From an uncultured Candidatus Saccharibacteria bacterium (GTDB lineage: Bacteria; Patescibacteriota; Saccharimonadia; Saccharimonadales; AWTP1-31): 64,000 bases of DNA. Shown here piece by piece: positions 34,910-45,571 of this stretch; the stretch's first letter is position 1, and each line of letters begins with the position of its first letter. Below the pieces are notes generated by a model. That model was not told the DNA's origin and ran no database searches. It was given only the letters and a program-made list of their open reading frames with translations. The stretch is taken from positions 84,218 through 148,217 of the forward strand of contig CAZXLT010000001.1 in the NCBI GenBank assembly GCA_964641545.1. Reading direction: 5' to 3'. Both the position numbers and the translations under genes were made by a program.

Positions 34910-37245
34910 GTCCAGTTACGAACTTCTGGCATATCGATACCGTGTTCGTAAATATAGTTTTTATGCTCAATCAGCTTTTCTTGCATTAGTTCTTTGAGTT
35001 TTAAGGCTTCTGGCGATGTGAGAGGCGTTCGCTCAATGACATCTATGACCAGGTTGAAGCGATCCATATTGTTCACGACTGTCATGTCAAAGGCTGTTGT
35101 TATGGTGCCCTCTTCTTTGTAGCCTCGCACATGTAAATTTCTGTTATGGCGACGATACGTGAGGCGGTGTATAAGCCATGGGTAGCCATGAAACGCAAAA
35201 ATTATTTCTTTATCTTGCGTAAATAGCTCGTCATAGTCGGCATCGCTCAAGCCGTGTGGGTGTTCGCCATTCGGTTGCAAACGCATTAAGTCAACAACAT
35301 TAATAACTCTAATTTTTAATGAGGGTAAATGCTCCCGGAGTATAGACACTGCTGCCATGGTTTCTAGGGTTGGGGCATCTCCGGCACAAGCCATGACCAC
35401 ATCGGGGTCGCCATTGTCGTTGCTTGCCCAGTCCCATATACCGATACCACGAGTGCAGTGTTCGATCGCTTGATCCATAGTAAGCCACTGCGGTGCATCG
35501 TGTTTACCGCAAATGGTTAGGTTAATGTAGTTTCTGCTGCGTAAACAATGGCTCATGACTGACAATAGGCAGTTTGCGTCGGGGGGTAAATATATGCGTG
35601 TTGTTACTGCCTTTTTGTTTACTAAATGGTCGATAAAACCCGGATCTTGATGGGTAAAACCGTTATGATCTTGTCTCCAGACATGGGACGTGAGTAAGTA
35701 GTTGAGCGAAGGTATGTCTTTGCGCCAATCTAGTTCGGATGACATCTTAATCCATTTAGCGTGTTGGCTCACCATGGAATCTACAATTCGAATGAATGCC
35801 TCGTAGCTATGAAAAATGCCATGGCGTCCTGTCAGCAGGTAGCCCTCGAGCCAGCCTTGCGCCTGGTGCTCGCTTAACATTGAGTCCAGAACTGCGCCAT
35901 GCGGCGCCAGAAACTCGTCGTGTTGGCGTGTTGTGGCAACCCATTGGCGGTTTGTAGCTTCGAAAACTGATTCGAGGCGATTGGACAATGTCTCGTCTGG
36001 ACTAAATAGGCGGAAGTTATGATTTGGCTCGTTCATGGTAATAACATCTCGCAGAAATGGACCAAGGGCGTGCACATTACCCACGCCACCCATACTTGGG
36101 TGCGTAACCTCAACCCCATATTTTCTAAACTCTGGAAGCTCAAGGTCAAGCATCAACTTGCCGCCGTTTGCATGAGGATTGGCCCCCATTCGTCGGTTGC
36201 CAACGGGAGCAAGCGCAGCTAGCTCGGGAATCAGCTGACCATTTTGATCAAACAACTCTTCGGGTTTGTAGCTTTTCATCCATTTTTCCAGAAGTGTCAG
36301 ATGCTCGGGTTGGTCCTTGTTGATGAGTACTGGGACCTGATGTGACTTAAAATTATCTTCGACATATTGACCATCAACAACTTTTGGGCCGGTCCACCCT
36401 TTTGGAGAACGCAAAATGATCATTGGCCACAAGGGTCGATCGTGGCTTTTTTGGGTATGAGCATGGGCCTTAATTGCCTTGATTTTACGAGTCACTGTAT
36501 CGAGCGTTTCGGACATGAGCCGGTGCATTTTTTTGGGATCATCGCCTTCTACAAAGTATGGATGCCAGCCATAACCTTGGAACAAACGCTCAAGTTCGCT
36601 ATGACTGATACGGGCAAGTACTGTAGGATTACTTATTTTGTAGCCGTTGAGGTGTAGAATCGGCAGTACCACTCCGTCGGTTTGAGGATTCAGGAATTTG
36701 TTAGAGTGCCACGCAGTCGCTAGCGGACCTGTTTCTGCCTCGCCGTCACCGACGACGCATGCCGCAATAAGATCAGGGTTGTCGAACACTGCACCAAACG
36801 CGTGACTGAGCGAATAGCCAAGCTCTCCACCTTCGTGAATCGAGCCGGGTACTTGTGGTGATACATGGCTTGATAGTCCGCCAGGAAAGGAAAAACGGTG
36901 AAACAATTCTTTCATGCCTTTGGCATCTGGTGTCACGTCTGGGTAGTACTCACTAAATGTACCTTCTAGATAGACATTTGCTACCAGCGCTGGGCCGCCG
37001 TGTCCTGGTCCTGACAGATAGATCATGTTGAGGTCGTGCTCTTTAATAATGCGATTTAAGTGTGCATAAATAAAATTTTGCCCAGGAGTAGTTCCCCAGT
37101 GGCCAAGAAGAATATTTTTTACGTGTTTATTCTGCAAAGGTTCTCGCAGGAGTGGATTGTCGCGAAGATAGATTTGCCCGACGGATAAATAATTGGCAGC
37201 TCGCCAATATGCATCAATTTTTTCAATCTGTTTTGTGTCTAACAT
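34897..37245 (-). CDS. xfp: Phosphoketolase (xylulose-5-P/fructose-6-P)
   Basis: [32 protein letters not shown], and a length of 782 aa. These are canonical XFP signatures. Confidence 0.95.
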   Translation of the reverse strand: MLDTKQIEKIDAYWRAANYLSVGQIYLRDNPLLREPLQNKHVKNILLGHWGTTPGQNFIYAHLNRIIKEHDLNMIYLSGPGHGGPALVANVYLEGTFSEYYPDVTPDAKGMKELFHRFSFPGGLSSHVSPQVPGSIHEGGELGYSLSHAFGAVFDNPDLIAACVVGDGEAETGPLATAWHSNKFLNPQTDGVVLPILHLNGYKISNPTVLARISHSELERLFQGYGWHPYFVEGDDPKKMHRLMSETLDTVTRKIKAIKAHAHTQKSHDRPLWPMIILRSPKGWTGPKVVDGQYVEDNFKSHQVPVLINKDQPEHLTLLEKWMKSYKPEELFDQNGQLIPELAALAPVGNRRMGANPHANGGKLMLDLELPEFRKYGVEVTHPSMGGVGNVHALGPFLRDVITMNEPNHNFRLFSPDETLSNRLESVFEATNRQWVATTRQHDEFLAPHGAVLDSMLSEHQAQGWLEGYLLTGRHGIFHSYEAFIRIVDSMVSQHAKWIKMSSELDWRKDIPSLNYLLTSHVWRQDHNGFTHQDPGFIDHLVNKKAVTTRIYLPPDANCLLSVMSHCLRSRNYINLTICGKHDAPQWLTMDQAIEHCTRGIGIWDWASNDNGDPDVVMACAGDAPTLETMAAVSILREHLPSLKIRVINVVDLMRLQPNGEHPHGLSDADYDELFTQDKEIIFAFHGYPWLIHRLTYRRHNRNLHVRGYKEEGTITTAFDMTVVNNMDRFNLVIDVIERTPLTSPEALKLKELMQEKLIEHKNYIYEHGIDMPEVRNWTWRV

Positions 37246-37341
37246 AGCGTCCTACTAAGTATAGTATACCGCTTACGCTCTATTTGTTATATGGGAATAG
37301 GTATTACCCAAGGCGAAAATTACGATGTATAATTGGGGTGT

Positions 37342-37605
37342 ATGAAAAAACAATGTCAGAGCTGCGGAATGCCGCTCCAAACCAAAAAGGCTGGCGATTG
37401 TCGTGGGACCGAAAAAGACGGCAGCAAAAGCGAAAAATGGTGCAAACTATGCTATCAGGATGGCAAATTTATAGGACCCGATTGCTCTCTTGAGGATATG
37501 AGGGCTATTGTCGATAACGCGCTTAAAGAAAACGGCAGCGGACGCATGATGCGCTGGATGGCACAAAAACAGCTTCCCCGACTTGAACGCTGGCGCAAAA
37601 CATAG
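37342..37605 (+). CDS. Small zinc-ribbon protein
   Basis: MKKQCQSCGMPL ... WCKLCYQDGKF carries two CxxC pairs. ATG 37342 is preferred over the track TTG at 37333. Confidence 0.6.
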   Translation: MKKQCQSCGMPLQTKKAGDCRGTEKDGSKSEKWCKLCYQDGKFIGPDCSLEDMRAIVDNALKENGSGRMMRWMAQKQLPRLERWRKT

Positions 37606-37623
37606 ATTGCGCCAAGCGCACCT

Positions 37624-39042
37624 TTATTCTGTAACTGCTGCAAGTTCAAGCAGATTGATGTTCGTTAGATCAAGACCTGCCTTTTTTACTTGGCGTCGAG
37701 CTACACGCTGTTGGTTTCGTCCGCGCCTGCGGAGCATTGGGAAGACGCCACCGTAGATAAAGCCAATAAATGTCCAGAGCCCGCCGATAACTTCGCCATT
37801 GATCATGCTGTCTGGATATTCTTCGTCTTCGTAGCGTGTCACTTCTTTTTCTACTGTTTTGGTAAGTGTTCCAGTGACTTCCATTACTGCGCCACGATTT
37901 GCGCCAATATTTTTGTCCATAAAGTCTCGTAACGGCTGCGAGAGCGGCAGCCCTCCATCGTAACGAGCTAGCGCCTGTTCAGTCGTCAGCTTCTCGTTGG
38001 TTACCAATTGAGTAAACTCGGTAAGTAATCCTGAGGCACCATCTAGGACGGTTTCCTGGCCAACCGCTTCTATTTCCGTAGGCAAGGCAATTCCTTTTTG
38101 AATTGCTTCATCGCGCAAAGCCTGGGCAGCAACAAGTGCTCGCGCATTTGCGAGCTTTAGTTGTTCTGGATTCGACTGCCCAACCTGTCCGTTAAAATCA
38201 TCACTCACGGTTCCGGTCACCTTAACGTGATCCGGGGTAAATGTTCCCTCTACACCGGTAACTTGAGTTAGCAAATCACTCGCGGCTGCTCGGTCCAAAG
38301 TATATTCCGAACCGGTTAGTTCGAGATCGGGCGCTAGAGGGTTTAATGCTGTGCTGAGGTCAACTTTTTGCTCGATTGTCACTTTGGGAACGGTTTCAGT
38401 AACGGGTGTTTGGAAGACATACGTTCTTCGTTCGCGACCGTCGTCGATGTATCCAGGTATATTTCGCAAAATCGGACCGATAACTGGTATGTTGGCTCCT
38501 GTGTCGCCAGGCATAATTGATGAGTCCCAAACCGAAGTATTGCCTTCAATAACCTGGTGCTCCGCATCTTCTGGAACAAGTTGAACTCCGTCGGCGTCGC
38601 CCGGGCTCATGGCGCCAGTTGCGAGCATTATCCCGTTGCCAGCTATATAACCAGCTGCAAAGGCACTTGCAAGAGTTCTTCGACGAGCCCATTTATTAAG
38701 CTTCCATCCCATATTCTCAATAGCAACATGGTCTTTGTCGGCCTTGTTTATGGCTTCTAGTTCCTCTGGTGTGGGTACCGACGGTGCTTCGTAACCATCG
38801 TTCTCTAGTCTGTGTGGATACTGAGCATCGAGTTCTGCTAGAAATACTTGATGGCCTGCATCTAAGCGGTTGCCGAAGTCACGGCGACCAATAGTAAACA
38901 CAGTTTTTGGCTTCACCGCAGCAATGACAACTACTGCTGGATCAAGATTCATTGCAGAAATTCCTTGATCTGCCATAACACCAGACGCTGCCTCTAAAAG
39001 CTGTGTTGACGTTGGCATTGTTAATAGCTCACCTGTTTTCAT
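37624..39042 (-). CDS. Hypothetical protein (472 aa) with a single TM helix near the C-terminus followed by an Arg-rich segment
   Basis: GGLWTFIGFIYGGVFPML-RRRGRNQQRVARR near the C-terminus. No recognised catalytic motif. Confidence 0.55.
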   Translation of the reverse strand: MKTGELLTMPTSTQLLEAASGVMADQGISAMNLDPAVVVIAAVKPKTVFTIGRRDFGNRLDAGHQVFLAELDAQYPHRLENDGYEAPSVPTPEELEAINKADKDHVAIENMGWKLNKWARRRTLASAFAAGYIAGNGIMLATGAMSPGDADGVQLVPEDAEHQVIEGNTSVWDSSIMPGDTGANIPVIGPILRNIPGYIDDGRERRTYVFQTPVTETVPKVTIEQKVDLSTALNPLAPDLELTGSEYTLDRAAASDLLTQVTGVEGTFTPDHVKVTGTVSDDFNGQVGQSNPEQLKLANARALVAAQALRDEAIQKGIALPTEIEAVGQETVLDGASGLLTEFTQLVTNEKLTTEQALARYDGGLPLSQPLRDFMDKNIGANRGAVMEVTGTLTKTVEKEVTRYEDEEYPDSMINGEVIGGLWTFIGFIYGGVFPMLRRRGRNQQRVARRQVKKAGLDLTNINLLELAAVTE

Positions 39043-39115
39043 AACAATGTATAATACAACATTTTATGTAAAAATGCAATACTTTTTATTTGTGTAACTT
39101 GAAGAAGCTAGTAAA

Positions 39116-40156
39116 TTAAAGATTATTCAAATAGTTTGGTGCTGCGGGTGACCAATAGCCCAGATTCATCTGGATATTCTTATTACTATCCTTATAGTTA
39201 CTAACGGCGCAATTTGTTGTGGCATAACCGTTGTTCGGATCAACCGACGGTTGCAAAGAATTTGTAAACTCGCTGAAATTATTCGGCTTTACGGAACCGT
39301 CGTTAGCTGTCACATCAATTGTTGCCATGCCTGAATTTTCAAAATCAGAACATATGTATTTTATAGTACCGCTCAACGAACGCCACCAGTGTAAATCTTC
39401 GCCAAAGGCGCCTGTTCTTGGGTTGAGCTGTATTGAATTTAGTCCATTTATGGTTGTCTGAACACGCTCCTCGCCAATAAAAGTAGTGCTATTTGAGTCG
39501 AGATTGGTTACCCACAGACCCCACCATTTACCTTGTGCGTCCACTCCACTCGGTCCTTGTTTTATCTGAAATTTATAGCGTACCCCTGTTGACCAACTGT
39601 ATGGGTACATTATCTGGAATCCGCCACTCTCCTGGTTGCCGCTATTCATGATGCCCGGGCTGCTTGTTTTTCCTCCGTTGCTTCTCCAGAAAGAAAAATT
39701 AACGACCTTGCGCTTCTGCTGTATGCCATTTATGTATCCGTTGGTCTGAAATCCTGCGTATCCATAACCCACCTCGTTTGTGTGATTGAGCACACCAAAT
39801 GTATATGCATAATAATGCAATAATCCATCATTTGTTAGGCTAATTGCAGGGTCAGCAATTGGCACTTCTGTCCATTCAATGCTTTCAAGACCTACCCCAG
39901 GAAAATACCAGTCCGCATACGTGCCTCCAGGGCTTGCCGATCCTCGTACCTGAGCCTTCTCGAATCGTACAAATGCGTCCCCGGAAGCAGTACCTGAGGT
40001 CTCTGTTCTCACAGGACCAAGTTTGCTGGTAGCGTTCTCTGGTTCAAGCGAGATACGAGCCGTGATCGCTGCACCAAGCACAACAAGTATTACCCCAGCA
40101 GAAATGATCACAAGAATAAGTAGTCCTGTCCGAAACGTACTTAGTTTTCGAGCCAT
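39116..40156 (-). CDS. Membrane-anchored/secreted hypothetical protein (346 aa from MARKLSTF)
   Basis: AGGAAG lies 6 nt before the ATG at 40156. N-terminal anchor LLILVIISAGVILVVLGAAI, then the SLEPENA...ASGDAFVRF motif shared with the 918-aa protein. Confidence 0.55.
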   Translation of the reverse strand: MARKLSTFRTGLLILVIISAGVILVVLGAAITARISLEPENATSKLGPVRTETSGTASGDAFVRFEKAQVRGSASPGGTYADWYFPGVGLESIEWTEVPIADPAISLTNDGLLHYYAYTFGVLNHTNEVGYGYAGFQTNGYINGIQQKRKVVNFSFWRSNGGKTSSPGIMNSGNQESGGFQIMYPYSWSTGVRYKFQIKQGPSGVDAQGKWWGLWVTNLDSNSTTFIGEERVQTTINGLNSIQLNPRTGAFGEDLHWWRSLSGTIKYICSDFENSGMATIDVTANDGSVKPNNFSEFTNSLQPSVDPNNGYATTNCAVSNYKDSNKNIQMNLGYWSPAAPNYLNNL

Positions 40157-40227
40157 TTTTGTCTTCCTGGTCACACCAAAAAGTATACGCTGTTTACTCA
40201 AAACTTCTGAAAGACTACCATACAAGT

Positions 40228-40806
40228 ATGAAGAAACTTATTCTGGCTTCTCAATCTCCTGCACGGGCACGTCTGTTAAAACAGATTGGTTATGAGTTTG
40301 ATGTGATACCTAGCGATTATTCTGAGGATATGAAATTGGATCTGCTACCCCAGGAGCTGAGTAAGGAATTGGCTGAAGGTAAAGCCAAAGCTGTTGCTGC
40401 AAAGCTAGAAGACGGTGTTGTGGTAGCTGCTGATAGTTTTATCGTGTTTGAGGGCGAGTGCATTGGAAAACCGCACACCAAAGAAAACGCCACTAAGTTA
40501 TTACAGCGTCTCAGTGGTAAAACAAATGAGGCATTAACAGGCATGTGTGTCATTGACGTACTGTCAGGAAGAAAGGTCATTATCGTTTCTTCAGCAAAAG
40601 TAAAGTTCAGACACCTCAGCGAGCAAGAAATACATGCCTATGTTGCCACGGGTGAGCCGCTAAAAAAAGGTGGTGGATATGCGGCAACAATGAAGGGTGG
40701 TGCGTTTGTAGAGCATGTCGAGGGAGATTTATACGCGATTGTCGGGTTACCGTTATCACGCCTGAGCGTAATCTTAGAAGACTTTGGTATTCCCTTGCCT
40801 TGGTAA
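40228..40806 (+). CDS. maf: Maf-like nucleoside-triphosphate pyrophosphatase
   Basis: MKKLILASQSPARARLLKQIGYEFDVIPSDYSED ... VVAADS ... GKP ... GAFVEHVEGDLYAIVGLP. The internal ATG at 40228 is preferred. Confidence 0.9.
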   Translation: MKKLILASQSPARARLLKQIGYEFDVIPSDYSEDMKLDLLPQELSKELAEGKAKAVAAKLEDGVVVAADSFIVFEGECIGKPHTKENATKLLQRLSGKTNEALTGMCVIDVLSGRKVIIVSSAKVKFRHLSEQEIHAYVATGEPLKKGGGYAATMKGGAFVEHVEGDLYAIVGLPLSRLSVILEDFGIPLPW

Positions 40807-40891
40807 CGTATGCGACCGGCTGCATCTTGGTTTACGCTTCTGCTAAAAATTGTTTTATGATAATACTTAGTAAGCAACGCAAAGGAAAATT

Positions 40892-42484
40892 ATGGATGAA
40901 GTTACAAAAATACTAAACGGTCATGTTGACGACACCAAAGCTACACTTAAACAGTACAGCCACGATGCCAGTATTTTTGAAGTTTCCCCGAAAGCGGTGA
41001 TCTATCCAAAAAACTCCACTGATATACAGAAGCTTATTCATTATGCAACCAAAGAGCGCCAACTTGGTAATGATGTGTCGCTCACGGTGCGAAACGGTGG
41101 GACATGTATGTCCGGGGGTCCTTTGTCGGAAAATTATGTGGTAGACGTTTCACAACACCTCAATCGTGTTGGCAAGGTTGATGTTGAGGGGCGAAGCATT
41201 GTGGTCGAAGGGGGTGCGATGCATATCGATGTTGAAAAGGCTACCCACGCTAAAGGCTTACTCTTTGCCCCGTACACCTCGTCCAGAGACATTTGTGGTA
41301 TAGGCGGTATGTTGGGCAATAATGCTTCGGGCGAAAAATCAGTAAAATACGGACCGGTTAGTTCCAATGTGCATACAATTAAGGTTGCGTTATCGGATGG
41401 CGGAATCTATGAGTTTGGACCTTTATCGTTGAGAGAAGTTAATGCAAAAAAACGTTTAGAAAACTTTGAGGGACATGTTTACCGGGAGATGACCAAACTG
41501 CTCGAAGAAAACGAACATCTTATAGAGCAAGCGAATCCCGGCACTGTAAAAAATGCGGCTGGGTATCCGCTATGGGAGCTTTGGGATCCACAACATTCTC
41601 GGTTGAATCTAGCACGATTATTTATTGGTGCTCAAGGCACGTTAGGTATTATTACGGAGGCTGAGTTAAAGCTAGTGCCACTTGCCAAGTATCAACGCAT
41701 GATTGTTGTTCCGATAGAAAACCTATCAATGCTAGCAGAAACTGTTCAGACCGCTATGCGTCACCATCCGGTTACGTGCGAGACATTCGATCATCACACC
41801 TATGAGTTGGCAGAGCGGTACCACCCCGAGGATGCCAAGCGCGCCAATGCGGCTAAGGGTATGCACATGGTGGTGATTGTTATGTTTGAGGGAGATAATA
41901 AAGAGCATGTCGACCGCATTACAAGGGCTGCCCAAACGGACATAGAAAAACTGGGACGCACAGTTGTTTGGATTGACGAACAAGCTGTAGCCGAAAGCTT
42001 CTTGCTCATACGTCGAAAGAGCTTCCGCATGTTGCTTGAACATCCACATAAAAATATGCGAGCTATGGCGTTTCTAGAAGATACCATTGTTCCGCTTAAT
42101 TTATATGGCGAATTTCTGGCGGCGTTGGAGGCTATCCTGAACCAGTACGACATGGTGTATACCTACGCAGGACACATTGGCGATGGCAGCATCCGTTTGG
42201 TGCCGCTTGTAGATATGGAAGCTCCCGGTGCTGCCGAAAAAGTTATGGAGCTCGAAACAAGGGTCAATGACCTTGTAATTGCCATGGATGGCTCCATTAG
42301 TGCCGACCACAACGATGGGATTATCCGCACACCGTACCTAGAACAGTTTTTTGGTGAAGACGTTTACACACTCTTCGCTAAGGTTAAAGAACTTTTCGAC
42401 CCACTGGGTATTTTTAACCCTGGGAAGAAGGTTGGCGGCAGCATGGAATATGCTACGCAGCATATCGTTAGAAGCAATAGCTGA
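40892..42484 (+). CDS. FAD-binding oxidoreductase (FAD_binding_4 / GlcD-D-lactate dehydrogenase-like)
   Basis: VRNGGTCMSGG, GIGGMLGNNASGEKSVKYG, and GAQGTLGIITEAELKL are typical of the vanillyl-alcohol-oxidase/GlcD FAD fold. Confidence 0.8.
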   Translation: MDEVTKILNGHVDDTKATLKQYSHDASIFEVSPKAVIYPKNSTDIQKLIHYATKERQLGNDVSLTVRNGGTCMSGGPLSENYVVDVSQHLNRVGKVDVEGRSIVVEGGAMHIDVEKATHAKGLLFAPYTSSRDICGIGGMLGNNASGEKSVKYGPVSSNVHTIKVALSDGGIYEFGPLSLREVNAKKRLENFEGHVYREMTKLLEENEHLIEQANPGTVKNAAGYPLWELWDPQHSRLNLARLFIGAQGTLGIITEAELKLVPLAKYQRMIVVPIENLSMLAETVQTAMRHHPVTCETFDHHTYELAERYHPEDAKRANAAKGMHMVVIVMFEGDNKEHVDRITRAAQTDIEKLGRTVVWIDEQAVAESFLLIRRKSFRMLLEHPHKNMRAMAFLEDTIVPLNLYGEFLAALEAILNQYDMVYTYAGHIGDGSIRLVPLVDMEAPGAAEKVMELETRVNDLVIAMDGSISADHNDGIIRTPYLEQFFGEDVYTLFAKVKELFDPLGIFNPGKKVGGSMEYATQHIVRSNS

Positions 42485-42514
42485 TTACATCAAACGAGGC
42501 GTTTGTTCGTAGGA

Positions 42515-45271
42515 TTACTTCTTGCACCCATAATAACCGCCATGTTCGCGCGTGATTGCATAGAAGCAGCCTACCCGCACCTTATCTCCATCGATACCCG
42601 TTATAGCTCCTGCCTGGGCTGTCGGATTTTTCCATAAACTGTCATTATCAACGCGTGTCCACGTAGCCCCGCCAGTGCTCGGGTTGAAATCTGTTGCGGT
42701 CCATATACCATAGACATCGTTGTAGCAGCCGCTGATATAGACTTGAGGGAATGCTCCTGCGGTTGCCGGTAGTCCAAAGCCAAAATCCAATACTTCACTA
42801 ACGTTGAGGATAGGTTTAAAAGTACTGGTGCCGGGGGCGCGTACGTACGCGGCAGGTCCGCATACTGCCGAGACTCCGGATGTGTCTCCATTGGTAACGA
42901 AAATAGTTCCTGCAGCTACAGCAGAACTTCCGGGAGCGTTGACGGCTTTAATCTTTCCGCCGAATATTGCGTCGTTCATAGGGCCGGCCAAGCCAATAGT
43001 CTGCCAGCTTGTAAGATCGCTTGAACTATAGATATTAAAAGCATTCAAGTCTGCATTATACCCACTTCCAGTTCCCCAGTGTGTTGCCATGTAGAATATA
43101 TTATTATCATCAACCGAAGCGAGTATCTTTGTGGCTGCGTATGAAGCAGGCACACCATCGTAGCGGTATTGTATGTTGCCTGGCAGGTTCCGTAATGTCA
43201 TAACTGGTTTGTTTGCATTGCAATCAACAACACCATATTGGCCATTCAGACCTCCTGGTGCTTGGTTGTATGGAACGAAAAGCGCCAACCCACTGTTATT
43301 AATTGCCCAGGATCCAATAACTTTCCATGGCGAGTCTAGCTCATCAGATACTCGAACTGTGTCTCCTCCGTCAGAAGAACAAGTGATTCTGTCGTGTGTA
43401 TAATACGAGGTTACTACGTACTTGCCATTCGGACTTGTGCCTGGTCCTTGCCCGTGGCGTAAGACACTAAAAAGATTTTGTGGGGGCGAGTATGTACGCG
43501 TTGCTGGACTGGCAACCTCACTGATATCGTTTGCCCATTTTTGAATCATGCCTCCGCGATCTTGCTCTGTCCAAATGACCCTACCCTTACCCGCTAAGTC
43601 CTTAAACGCACGAATATTTTGATTGATCATATTTTCGATGCCACGAGAGAGTCCAATCCAGTCTTTGTCTGGTGTGCCAGGATCTCTATAGTACGCTCCT
43701 ATACCATCAGCCAGCCAAATTCGATCACCAACGTAAGCTATGGTGGACAAGGTGCTCGTGTCTGTTTCGTTCCCTCCCCAATCCATGACAACACGGTTCG
43801 GAGATAGCATCCAAGGCACGTCACTACTACGGATGCTCGCTCCTGACACATCACAACAGACTTTCTTAGACCAGGTAGAACCTTGATTATTGGAAATTGC
43901 ATAGGTGTGCGCACTGCCTCCAGCGACCGCTATAGTCTGACCATCTTTTTTTGCTGTAATCCCTACTATCAAACGTGGTCCTTGGCTGTCGGAGCCAAAA
44001 AGACCGTCTGCTGTTGTTAGTAAAGTAATTGTTCCGCTGTTATTCATCTTGTACAGATCCCCGAGTTCATTAGTGAAGTAGATAGTGCCTACGCTGTCGT
44101 ATACTACATTTGCAACACTATGCGCTATGGTTTGGCCGGTATGGTTAAGGTTGCCTCCACTCACATTCCCGCTCAACACCTTTAGACCATCGCTCATGAG
44201 CGCATAACCAGGTACGCCCTTCTTGATGAACGCATAAATTTTCCCTGTAGACTCATTGATGATTAAAGAAGCACAACCATTGTAAAGCTGCTTACAAACA
44301 TTTGCATCCCAGCTGTAGACTTTTGTCCAGTTACTCCCAGCATCTCCTGTCCGCCAAATCCCATCAAATGCCGTAGCGTATATAATGTTTGGATTTGTCT
44401 TGCTAATTACCATGTATTTGCTACGGAATCGCACATTGTTTATGCCAGCTAGATCATATACGCCTGCACCTGGCGCTTCACCACTATCAACTCCAGGTTG
44501 TTCGTTCGGATCCATGTACAGGTTTGTTTCAAGGGTCGGGTTTGAGCTTGTTATTCTGCTTAACTTCCAGCTCCCTGAAGATTTATCTGCCTTCCAAATC
44601 AATCCTTCTTTTTTTTCAACACCGTTTTCGTCTTTATACACATGGTAGCTTCTATAGTAAATAAGGTTCTTATTGTATACGGCTATCTCACTAGCAGCTG
44701 ATTGAGCTTGTTTTGGGGCCCAATTTGGATCACTGGTTATTGAGGATGGGAGAGAACTCTTTGTAAGTAGCGGCAACCAGATGTCTTTTCCTGCACTATC
44801 CTTCTCTAGAACGACAGGCACCGATGCATCGGTGCGCATTGCTATGGTATCGTCCACGCCAACGTCAATGCCAGACATCCAGCCTCCAGCACCAAGACCC
44901 ATACGTTGTATGCAGTACTGACCGATTGGGATTATCGAACAGTCGGATTTTGGGTAGAAATCAGAGCCAACTCCACTTATGCATTGATTCTGGGCAAACC
45001 GCACAAACGATCCGCCCGATGCTTGTGCGTTCGATTGAATCATCGAGGCGCAAGCGGCAGATTCTGGCTCGAGCGAAACAGTAGATGTCGCAGCCTTGCT
45101 ATAGAGAAGCGTTGCCAAACCAATACCGACAACCGCAACGAGCATTACCCCGCGTGAGTCTTTGAGCGCTTCGGCAGCGCGTTTTGCATATGCACTCAGA
45201 CCCTTGTAATTACTAAAGAGGGGTCTTTTCGCAGCTAATCGTCGTTTTCTTTGTCCCACAATTATATTCAA
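42515..45271 (-). CDS. Large membrane-anchored/secreted protein (918 aa) with Asp-box (BNR)-like repeats, probable beta-propeller
   Basis: N-terminal anchor VMLVAVVGIGLATLLY. Asp-box-like TGDAGSNWTKV, SNNQGSTWSKK and SSDGGDTVRV. G/S/T/N-rich beta-strand composition. Confidence 0.65.
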   Translation of the reverse strand: MNIIVGQRKRRLAAKRPLFSNYKGLSAYAKRAAEALKDSRGVMLVAVVGIGLATLLYSKAATSTVSLEPESAACASMIQSNAQASGGSFVRFAQNQCISGVGSDFYPKSDCSIIPIGQYCIQRMGLGAGGWMSGIDVGVDDTIAMRTDASVPVVLEKDSAGKDIWLPLLTKSSLPSSITSDPNWAPKQAQSAASEIAVYNKNLIYYRSYHVYKDENGVEKKEGLIWKADKSSGSWKLSRITSSNPTLETNLYMDPNEQPGVDSGEAPGAGVYDLAGINNVRFRSKYMVISKTNPNIIYATAFDGIWRTGDAGSNWTKVYSWDANVCKQLYNGCASLIINESTGKIYAFIKKGVPGYALMSDGLKVLSGNVSGGNLNHTGQTIAHSVANVVYDSVGTIYFTNELGDLYKMNNSGTITLLTTADGLFGSDSQGPRLIVGITAKKDGQTIAVAGGSAHTYAISNNQGSTWSKKVCCDVSGASIRSSDVPWMLSPNRVVMDWGGNETDTSTLSTIAYVGDRIWLADGIGAYYRDPGTPDKDWIGLSRGIENMINQNIRAFKDLAGKGRVIWTEQDRGGMIQKWANDISEVASPATRTYSPPQNLFSVLRHGQGPGTSPNGKYVVTSYYTHDRITCSSDGGDTVRVSDELDSPWKVIGSWAINNSGLALFVPYNQAPGGLNGQYGVVDCNANKPVMTLRNLPGNIQYRYDGVPASYAATKILASVDDNNIFYMATHWGTGSGYNADLNAFNIYSSSDLTSWQTIGLAGPMNDAIFGGKIKAVNAPGSSAVAAGTIFVTNGDTSGVSAVCGPAAYVRAPGTSTFKPILNVSEVLDFGFGLPATAGAFPQVYISGCYNDVYGIWTATDFNPSTGGATWTRVDNDSLWKNPTAQAGAITGIDGDKVRVGCFYAITREHGGYYGCKK

Positions 45272-45318
45272 TATAGCAGTTATGTTTAACTACTGGCAAG
45301 CCGCCTACAACTGTTGAA

Positions 45319-45516
45319 CTATTTCTTTACTTCGTTTCGACCAAGCGATTTCTTGGTTTCTGAGTACCAGACGTGTTTACGTGCAATTGGGTCGTACTTC
45401 TTCAGACGCAATTTGTCTGGAGTATTCATAGTATTTTTCTTGGTGTAATAATGTCGATGCCCTGTTTCTTCCGAAACTAGTCCAACAATCTTCCGTTTAT
45501 CAGTTTTCTTAGCCAT
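45319..45516 (-). CDS. rpmG: 50S ribosomal protein L33
   Basis: 65 aa with [33 protein letters not shown], typical of L33. Confidence 0.9.
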   Translation of the reverse strand: MAKKTDKRKIVGLVSEETGHRHYYTKKNTMNTPDKLRLKKYDPIARKHVWYSETKKSLGRNEVKK

Positions 45517-45571
45517 AGGGTGCTATTTTAACAGATTAAACTTGGATTGACAACACAATATCATCCTTGCG

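Noticed and set aside
42491-42505. A CAAACG-AGG-CGTTTG hairpin lies between the convergent FAD oxidase and the 918-aa protein genes. I considered it as a bidirectional terminator.
   Set aside because: It has only a 6-bp stem and no U-tract on either strand. That is too weak to call.
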